Positions 54,648 through 64,000 of a stretch of 64,000 bases of DNA are shown piece by piece. Position numbers and translations under genes: made by a program. The notes under the pieces are model-generated. The model was not told the origin of the DNA. It made no database searches and was given only the letters and a program-made list of their open reading frames with translations. The stretch is from Octopus vulgaris (lineage: Eukaryota), in the NCBI GenBank assembly GCA_951406725.2, contig OX597821.1, forward strand, positions 1,488,001 through 1,552,000. The letters run 5' to 3'. Every line of letters begins with the position of its first letter. Within the stretch, counting starts at the first letter, position 1.

Positions 54648-54939
54648 ATCTCTTTCCGAAGCAAATATAAAATGTATCGTAATAGCTTGCGACCACGGGC
54701 CCACAACTATTTAAAACATTATAATGGGCATCTGAGGGATCTTCATGGAGGTGGGGTAGATGTTTTCAAGAAACTACTTGACCTCCAAGCTCCTTCCTAC
54801 ACCAAAATCCAATCACATAAGATTGAGCATTGCAAAGGTGATTACAATGGCGATCCTCCAGCATGGCCACAGACTTGCAGCTGAAACGTATAACAGAATG
54901 AAAGAATGAATATAAATATAAGATGTATGATATATAATA

Positions 54940-55100
54940 CAGTACTCCCTGGACTATCGCAGGCGTTACGTTCCAAAACACCACGCGATAGGTAAAAATC
55001 CGCGAAGTAGAGAGAGTGTTGTATATTTTTTAATTATTATTTTTGTAATTTGTATATATTTATTTTATACATGCAAACAACACCATGGAGGAATCGACGT
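54940..55100 (+). mobile_element. Tigger-like MITE end
   Basis: TA|CAGTACTCCCTGGACTATCG..GTTACGTTCCAAAA; matches the 38778 terminus. Confidence 0.55.
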
Positions 55101-55107
55101 AAGCTTA

Positions 55108-56101
55108 AATAATCCTATCTACTATAGGCACAAGGCCTGAAATTTTGGGAGAGGGGACTAGTCGATTACATTGATCCCAGTGTATTACTGGTACTTAATT
55201 TAACAACCCCGAAAAGATAAAAGGCAAAGTTGAGCTCGGCTGAATTTGAACTCAGAACGTAACGGCAGACGAAATACCGCTAAGCATTTCGCCCAGTGTA
55301 CTAACGTTTCTTATTTCTTTATTGCCCACGAGGGGCTAAACATAGAGGGGACAAACAAGGAGAGACAAAGGGATTAAATCGATTATATCGACCCCAGTGC
55401 GTAACTGGTACTTTATTTATTGACCCCGAAATTATTAAAGGCACAGTCAACCTCGGCGGAATTTGAACTCAGAACGTAACGGCAGACGAAATACCTATTT
55501 CTTTAATACCCACAAGGGGCTAAGCAGAGAGGGGACAAACAAGGACAGATACACGGTTTAAGTCGATTACATTGACCCCAGTGCGTAACTGGTACTTATT
55601 TAAACGACCCCGAAAGGATGAAAGGCAAAGTCGACCTCGGTGGAATTTGAACTCAGAACGTAACGGCAGACGAAATACCTATTTCTTTACTACCCACAAG
55701 GGGCTAAACACAGAGAGGACAAACAAGGACAGAGAAACGGATTAAGTCGATTATATCGACCCCAGTGCGTAACTGGCACTTATTTAATCGACCCCGAAAG
55801 GCGGAATTTGAACTCAAAACGTAGAGACAAACGAAATACCGCTAAGCTTTTCGCCCGGCGTGCTAGCGATTCTTATTTGTTTATTGCCCTGAAAGGGATA
55901 AACATAGAGGAGAAAAGCAAGGACAGACAAAGCGATTAAGTCAATTACATCGACTCCAGTGTGTAACTGGTACTTAATTTTTCGACCCGAAAGAATGAAA
56001 GGCAAAGTCGACCTCGGCGGAAATTGAACTCACAACGTAACGGCAGACGAAAAACGCTATGCATTTCGCCCGGCGTGCTAACGTTTCTACCAGCTTACCG
56101 A
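55108..56101 (-). mobile_element. Family B SINE five-unit nested/tandem array
   Basis: Four units with the ..gtgggYARTaaagaaat tail and an outermost unit with the ggccttgtgcctatagtag tail. Confidence 0.92.
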
Positions 56102-56214
56102 CCTCAGTAATAATAGGCTACTTGTTAATGGCTTCAAATTTTTACATCGATTATCCTCTTGAATTGGACATATTTTGTCGACCTTGAAATATGTGATTTC
56201 CATATTTTCTTATC

Positions 56215-56585
56215 TTTTACTAGTTTTAGTCATTTGGCTGAGACCATGCTGGGGCACCGCTTCGAAGAAATTGTAGTCGAATGAACCGACCCTAGTATTT
56301 ATTTGCTTTTGTTGGGCCTGGTACTTATTCTATCGGTCTCATTTGCCGAGCTCTTAAGTTACGGAAACGTAAATACACTAACACCAGTTGCCAAGCAGTG
56401 TTGGGGGAAAATATACGCACATAGACATACGACGAGCTTCTTTCAGCTTCCATTTACCAAATCCACTCACAAGTGTTCGAGGGTACAGTAGAAAACACCT
56501 ACCCAGAGTGCCACATAGTGGGACTGAACACAGAAGCGTGAGGGTGGGAAGTATACTTCTCACGACACAGCCACCCATGCGTCTT
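56215..56585 (-). mobile_element. Family A SINE, diverged
   Basis: Reverse-complement head and tail motifs. Confidence 0.85.
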
Positions 56586-56949
56586 GTGAAAAATAATAAT
56601 TTTCCTTTCTTATGAGACTATTATTCATTCCCTGCTCTTCATGATAGCTTTTATTAATTTTCTGCTTCTGTTTCATTAATAGTTCTTTGAAGATATATTT
56701 TATTCTATTTCATCGAAAGAATTTAGGATAAAAATGGGGAAGAAATGTATAAGAAAGCAACAACGAGACTGCAAAATATATGAAATGTGTGAAGAAACCA
56801 TCAATCTTATTGTTTCTGGAAACTATAGTCAGACATGATACAATTGTATCTTAGCACTACGTGATATCATATCAGCACGAAGAAATACTTATAAAATATA
56901 AAAAATGAATAGTCACGCATACACAAGTCTCAGAAGATGACGAATTCCC

Positions 56950-57117
56950 CATACTCTGGGACATACTAAATATTGACAGAGAGACTAGAGTAATCTGTCA
57001 GATAGTATCAAAATCGGTCAGTAAAGGCGAAGTTTCTTCGTCGATGCATCAGTTTCAATAGACACGTTATCTTTTTCAAAAAAATACATCTCTTTGCGAA
57101 GCTGATATAAAATGTAT
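56950..57117 (+). repeat. Diverged paralogue of 53605-53758 plus 54660-54677, lacking the SINE insertion
   Basis: cagagagac..gtaatctg..tagtatcaaa.tcggtcagtaaag..cttcgtcg..gcatcag..atacatctcttt.cgaagc..atataaaatgtat. Confidence 0.85.
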
Positions 57118-59364
57118 GATATTCAAATATAAAATGTATGCGTAGTAATATAACTGTTTTTCTAAGTCACATATTTTGAGATAAATCAATATTTAACAGC
57201 TGTTAACACAATGAATGGCTGAAATCTGATAACTTAAACTTAAAATCGAAAGGGCAGTGCCTGTGGAGATTTGAGAGGTGTTAAGAGCCTGAAGAAGAAG
57301 AAAAAAGTAAGTATCTTCAGTATGAAGATTTGGGCAGTGATTAGCATCAGAAAGGATTTCCCTTGGCAGATAGGCTTACATCACAAATCAAATATTATCT
57401 TCTGTCACACATCTCTACACTTTATGTTTATTAAACTTTCCTCACAAAACTACGCTAGAAGATACATTGAGATCGAGCGAGAATTACTGGGTCGTGGAAC
57501 GAATGTCTTAACTGAATTGTCCTTCTTGTATACGGTTAGAAGAATACAAAAATTACCATGTTTTCTTTACATGCCTCTATGTAAAAAACTAATAAATGAA
57601 TAAATAATAAAATTTTAAAAAAACTATCATGTTTACGATACTTATATTTCCAAAGCGGTCAATCATAAGGCTCTTACAATGATCAACGTTGCTTAAGTTT
57701 GTTGAATTGACAATCATTATTTTCAGTGTCATATGAGCGTAATAGTAATTTGGGATTAATATTTTGCAGCATTTAGTTACGTCATTTCAGAAACTCACAA
57801 TCCTTTCTAATTTTGGCACAAAGCAAGCAATTTTTGAGGAGAAGAATGTCGGTGACATCGACTCCAGGGATCAAATGATGAAAGGCAAAGTTGACTCCGG
57901 TGGCATTTGAAATTCGATGTATTCATAATACCTAACATTATTTGTGTTCATGAGAGAAGAATGAATGATATAACAAAAGTTATTCCTTAATTTTTCGCCC
58001 TGTTTTGCGTGTGGGAATTTACTTTTTTAACAAACTTCATGCTTTGAGAGCTGGCCGAAAGAGTGGAGTGATGTGCTGTATTTAGTGTTGTCGTTCGAGG
58101 TTTTGCGTTCAAATACTGCTGGGGTCCAACTCTCCTTTCATTTCTGCAGGGTCAATAAAACAAATAATATTAAAGAAAAATTTGTTCGACTTAATCAAGT
58201 CTGCATCTAGAGTCATAATAATCGATATTTTGATACAGAATAAAACAAAATAAATATAAAATTTGGTTCGATAGTGGACCGATTGATTGATGTTGATTTG
58301 ATTAACGGTTAAAATTAATTAAATTACGTTGCAAAAGTCTTCGCGAAAGAACAGTAAAGTAACATTGTCTTGCTCTTCAATTTTACATTTTTGTAACATT
58401 TTATCGAGGAAAGAAAACTATTTAAGCTGTTTGAAGTATTGGACAAACCACACAGAAGGAATTTTACTATTTCATATAAATTGACATATACAATACATTG
58501 ACATATACATTGACATATAAAATACAAATATATTTGTTTGATATTTGATAATCAGAGTTAGCCATCAAAAGGTGATAAGTACGAGGAATATGACTCATAT
58601 CACTCTATCCGTCTGAAGAATACTGAGGGAAGAAATGAAACAACAGCAAATGGGTGTGGGACCCTGCTTTGCAGAGGAACTTCTAAGCGTGCCACAATGA
58701 TCAGAAGCAATAAGAAAGGATAGAGAGGATCTACAAGGTATAGGGGCACAGTCCAGCCTCTACTTTATTTCAGCGAATTGACCATGAAGGTCCAATACGG
58801 ACAAAGGTAGCTGAGGGCTGGACAGAGACATTAATGTGTATGAAAACGACAAAGGTGGCAAAGAATGGGAGGGGCACCGCCGCCCGCCGACCGATAAACC
58901 CTTAAAATCACTGTTCAATTTAAATCAATAAAATAAAAATTATAATCACAGAAATTCAAAAATTACAATTACAAATTACAAAAGTATATATTTTCATTAT
59001 TCTTCGTCTTCCTCATCTGGGCCCCCAAGTAAATTTTCTCCCGCCTGCAGGGAAGCCTGCATCGGCAGGCCCGGACCGAGGAAAACAAAATCTTTGTTAC
59101 AGGTCTTCCTGACCTCTTTCTGATTTATGACCTGCGGAGGTCAACTTCGACAGTCTATACAGGTCGAGTCATATCGCTTTCGGTCTAGTAGACTGTCCAG
59201 TCCAGCCTCTACTTGCAGAATATCAAATTATGTCTATGTAGAAAGGCATAAATCAGTGTTATTACAAACCTGTGGCGGTGAAAAGGCCGAAAAGTTGATT
59301 TGTTGGGAATAAGTACTTTGCCGTATTTCTCCTTGCCATATTCTTTCCAGCTGTGGTTAACTTT

Positions 59365-59638
59365 AATACAACTCTATATTTACATTATTTACATTGACGG
59401 ACATATGGCATAGTGGTTAGGAGCGCGGACTACTAAACCCCAGATTCCGAGTTCGATTCCAGGCAGTAACCTGAATAATAATCATAATAGTAACAACAAC
59501 ATCGAAAAATATGTTTGGAATGAGAACCTAGGTTCCAAATTTCCCCAAGACACTCGACGAAGGCTGGAGGGTATATCAGCCGAAATGTGTTAACAACGAG
59601 CAAGATGAGGACAAATATCCGTCAAGTGTAAATAATGA
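59365..59638 (+). mobile_element. Second copy of the tRNA-hammerhead SINE (core mutated) with a 10-bp TSD
   Basis: TSD ggttaacttt at 59355-59364 and 59639-59648; tacattatttacattgacgga is inverted relative to tccgtcaagtgtaaataatg; stem II ggctg/cagcc retained. Confidence 0.85.
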
Positions 59639-59753
59639 GGTTAACTTTGTTTTTCTTTTTAATAAAATAACATAAAATTAGGAGTCAAAAACTTAAACCA
59701 GGGTCTCACGGAGTGTAGAGAATGACCTCTTGCAATATTTATTCCAGGTAAGA

Positions 59754-61460
59754 AGGCGGCAAGCTGCCAGAAACGTTAGCACGCCGGGCGAAGTGCTTAG
59801 CAGTATTTCTTTACTACCCCTTGTGGGTAGTAAAGAATAGTATTTCGTCTGCCGCTACGCTCTGAGTTCAAATTTCGCTGAGGTCGACTTTGCCTTTCAT
59901 CCTTTCGGGGTCGATTAAATAAATACCAGTTACGCACTGGGGTCGATATAATCGACTTAATTGTTGACTGTCCTTGTTTGTCCTCTCTGTGTTTAGCCCC
60001 TTGTGGGTAGTAAAGAAATAGGTATTTCTTTAAAACTGGAGAAGAGGTGTCTGTCGGAGTGTACCTTCCAAAATAGATGGAAGCATGTTGCACGAGTGTT
60101 GTGCGTGCAAGGAACTTGTGAATAGACGGAGAAAAGAAGAAAAAAGGTACCAGCGGTAGATCGGGGCTTGTGGGGTCGGAGCGTGGCCTGATCATAGCTT
60201 CATTTGTATTGTCTTTGTATTGTTAATTACATTCGATTCTATATATATTGTATTTAAATTTTTAAAGTCACATTATATGTAAAATCATATCGCTTCACTG
60301 ATCCCATCAGTTGTTCTGTCCATTTTAATGTTTGGCCCCCAATGGGCAATAAAGAAATTGGTATTTCGTCTGTCTTTATGTTCAGATTTCAAATTCTGCC
60401 GAGATCGACTGTGCATTTCATCCTTTCGCGGTCGATAACTTTAGTACCAGTTGCATACTGGAGTTGATCTAATCAACTGGCACCCTCCCCCAAAATTTCG
60501 CCTTAATCGACTTAATCCGTTTGTCTGTCCTAGAGTAGTCCTCTCTGTGTTTAGCCGCTGTGGGTAGAAATGAAAGCGGTATTTCGTCTGTCTTTACGTT
60601 CTGAATTCAAATTCCGCCGAGGTCGACTTTGCCTTTCATCCTTTCGGGGTCGATAAATTAAGTATCAGTTACGCACTGGGGTCGATCTAATCGACTTAAT
60701 CCGTTTGTCTGTCTTTGTTTGTCCTCTCTGTGTTTTGCCCCTTGTGGGTAGTGAAGAAATAGGTATTTCGCCTGTCTTTACGTTCAGAGTTCAAATTCTG
60801 CCGAGGTCGACTGTGCATTTCATCCTTTCGCGGTCGATAAATTTAGTACCAGTTGCATACTGGAGTTGATCTAATCAACTGGCACCCTCCCCCAAAATTT
60901 CGCGTCTTGTGCCTTGAGTAGAAAAGGCTCGTTAGCACGCCGGGCGAAATGCTTAGCGGTATTTCGTCTGCCGCTACGTTCTGAGTTCAAAATCCGCCGA
61001 GGTCGACTTTGCCTTTCATCCTTTCGGGGTCGATAAATTAAATATTAGTTACGCACTGGGGTCGATATAATCGACTTAATCCGTTTGTCTGTCTTTGTTT
61101 GTCCTCTCTGTGTTTTGCCCCTTGTGGGTAGTTAAAAAAAAAAAGGTATATCGACTGTCTTTACGATGTAATCGACTGGCCTACTTCCCCCAAATTTCGG
61201 GCCTTGTGTCTAGAGTAGAAATGACTATTTATTCCAGGTGAGGTGGCGACCTGCCAGAATCTTTAGCACGCCGGGCAAAATGCTTAGCATCATTTTGTAC
61301 GTCTTTACGTTCTGAGTTCAAATTTCACTGAGGTCGACTTTACCTTTCATGCCTTCGGGATCGATGAAATAAGTACAACTTGAATACTGGTGTCGATGTA
61401 ATCGACATACATCCTTCCCCAATGTTACTCACTTTATGCCAAAAATTTGTAACCAATATT
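59754..61460 (+). mobile_element. Family B SINE nested/tandem cluster
   Basis: About six central-domain units with heads at 59754, ~60930 and 61240. Confidence 0.9.
60029..60359 (+). pseudogene. Probable Tx1/L1-like LINE 3' end inserted in a family B SINE, with TSD ggtatttc
   Basis: ORF end LKLEKRCLSECTFQNRWKHVARV..* (60030-60125); T-rich UTR; terminus tgtttggcccccaatgggcaataaagaaat resembles the SINE tail; ggtatttc at 60021-60028 and 60360-60367. Confidence 0.65.
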
Positions 61461-62111
61461 TATTCCTGGTTCCTGCGTTTTGATTTCTTGGGTGAAAGAC
61501 ATGATGAATTGCTCCATTTAACATCAACACGTGGATATTGGGTACGTGTAATGGCGGTTACTCTGTTATGGAAATATTTGGTCGAGATCTCCGGATTGGC
61601 AATAAGTTATTCCTTATTGTCAAACGCTTCATCAATTGTTGGCTGTTTTTCTACTCTCCTATTTTGAGCATTTCACAAGATACGCTTACGATAAAACAGC
61701 TGCTCCCGCAAAGCAAATTAGATGAAATTTGTGATTTTGCGGAGGGTCAAAATTGGTAACAAAAACAAGACAGTGAAAATGAACAGGAAGGGTTGCTAAG
61801 CCTAGTCGAGGTTGTGGTGGGGAACGCGTTAATCAAACTTGGACAGGAGAGAGACAAGAACACGTTTTCCATGATCCAGCTACGACGGGGAGAAAGAAAG
61901 AAAACCAAGTTAGGAGAAGAAAGAATGATGGCCGATGATCACGTTGGAGACACATGAGCAAGGAAAGAAGAGTGAGGCAGAGAGATTAACAGATAGAGAA
62001 CTGTGAAGGAGAGAGGAAAAATTGGAGATGAGAGAAGTGAGAAAAAAACAAGAGGGGGAGATACATACACATGATAAAAATGCATATATGGACCTATATG
62101 TATATGTACTC

Positions 62112-62143
<32 letters not shown>

Positions 62144-62873
62144 ATATGTGTGTGTAGAATAATAGGCCGTATTCGCACCAGTATCACAAACACTACCTTC
62201 ACCAACACCATCACAAACAATACTGACGAGATAAATACTACCACCATAACCACACCCTCACTACCACAACAACGAAAAACCATTATAAAAAGAATAACAA
62301 AATCATCGCCACCACTGCCAAGCAACAATGGCATGACACTTATAATTGAATAACACCGTCACCATTTCAACCAGCACCACGACCGCTATCACCATCACCA
62401 ACAACAACGGCAACATTACCACCACCACAACCACCAAGAACAACAACAACAACAACATTACTACCACCACCACCACCGCAGCAGCCGCCACCACAGTACT
62501 AAATCGACATCATGATCACTACTACTACTGCCTCCGCTACCTCTGCTACCACTACTACCCCCCACCAATGGCCATGAAAACTATACCAGCAACAATGGTT
62601 TAAATAGCAGCTAAATCTCCCTTAAATTACATTCGACAATCTTATACAAAAACAGGACTCCTAAGAAAATATATGCCAACAGAACCCTAGAAGGAGTAAG
62701 TTGGTCAAGACGGCCGGAATCCCTTTTATCAAAGAGACTCCGATACTGATTGCTACCCTGCTGCCACCACACACACTTACCCGATGCCACCGCGTACCCA
62801 ACACCCCAACACTAATTTCACATGCTACGAATAGTGGGTAAAACTCTATGAGATTATACCTTACCATCTAAGT

Positions 62874-63090
62874 CAATGGTTCTCAATTAGGGTCTTTATG
62901 ACCATTGGGGTCAATATAGGATTTTATTGTAGGCGACGGAGTGTGTGTATGGTAAGAAGCTTGCTTCACAACCACATGGTTCCGAGTTCCGTCCCACTGC
63001 GTGGCACCTTGGGCAAGTGTCTTCTACTCAGGCCGACCAAAGCCTTGTGAGTGGATTTGGTAGACGGAAACCGAAAGAAGCTTGCCGTAT

Positions 63091-63175
<85 letters not shown>

Positions 63176-63496
63176 TATGCTTGTGTTTATGTCTGTATTT
63201 GTTCTACCATAGCTTGACAACTGATGTTGGTATATTTGCGACCCCGTAACTTAGCGGTTGGGCGTAAGAGTCCGATAGAACAAGCACCAAGCTTACAAAG
63301 AATAAGTCCACTGTCCGATTTCTTCGACTAAAAGGCGGTGCTCCAGCATGGCTACAGTCAAAATGACTGAAACAAGTAAAAGTATAAAAGAATTAGAAAT
63401 ATAATGGGATTTTTTCCAACATGGAATAGCTTTAGAGCTCCTGTAGAGCAAAGTAGGAAAGAAAAGGGTCCATAGGTAAAATATTTAAGACCACTG
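62874..63496. mobile_element. hAT-type MITE interrupted by a family A SINE (62931-63390, +)
   Basis: Termini caatggttctcaa and ttaagaccactg; degenerate 8-bp flanks atctaagt and gtcaaatt. Confidence 0.55.
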
Positions 63497-64000
63497 GTCA
63501 AATTAAGGGACATATTGAAAAATTTGTTCTTGTGTTACATGTACATAAGAAAAGGGACAGGATGGTCACGTTTGGAAAGGTTTTAAATGTAGATTTCGAT
63601 TATCAGGGCTGACCCGGGACTGGAACAATCTCCACCACGACTACCACGACCACCACCACCCTAACTACAACGACACCATTACGGCCATAACCATCAACAA
63701 CCACAGGAGTTGGGGGGAAGACGGTACACTGGGTGCTATATTCCTAGAAACACTATGTCAAGTAAAAAGACGTGTGAAACAAAAGAATAAAGAACTGTAA
63801 CGAACCCCTCTCCCGCTCACTCGCACGAAAATACAATATTGAAATCTAAAAGATCGGTAACCATTTTGTTTTGTTTTCTTCATTATTATTATTATTTTTT
63901 TGTTCTCTCTCATTTCCTCATACGTCTGAGAATGGAATCAATACTTCCATATCTTCAAAAACTTCTGTACGTTCTTTCTTGCTATTTTTTTACTGTTTCT

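Noticed and set aside
55108-56101. Regularly spaced repeats suggesting a CRISPR array
   Set aside because: Whole ~180-bp units are homologous with no unique spacers, there are no cas genes, and the context is eukaryotic SINE sequence

Overview
AT-rich, microsatellite-saturated animal intergenic or intronic DNA. The SINE families and repeat style suggest a cephalopod, probably Octopus (inference). I found no host protein-coding gene, and nearly all ORF-track entries are microsatellite or SINE artefacts. Recognisable content: a near full-length but disrupted R4/Dong non-LTR retrotransposon in a (TAA)n tract (47.0-51.7 kb); 3' fragments of RTE, HERO, CRE, R4 and Tx1/L1-like LINEs; decayed hAT/Charlie and pogo/Tigger transposases; two non-autonomous Helitrons; and at least three tRNA-derived SINE families in dozens of copies. 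Three unexpected systems stand out. (1) Several short element families sit in (TA)n tracts, mostly form fold-back palindromes with a one-sided extension, and carry type I hammerhead ribozyme motifs, which is a Penelope-like architecture. (2) A tRNA-headed SINE carries a hammerhead, Penelope-like inverted termini and a TSD, and a paralogous empty site lies in the same window. (3) A SINE appears to build ~180-bp tandem arrays by inserting into two fixed sites in its own head, using a tail shared with a Tx1-like LINE fragment found at one of those sites. Coordinates were read by eye and repeat boundaries are approximate. No folding or database search was run.
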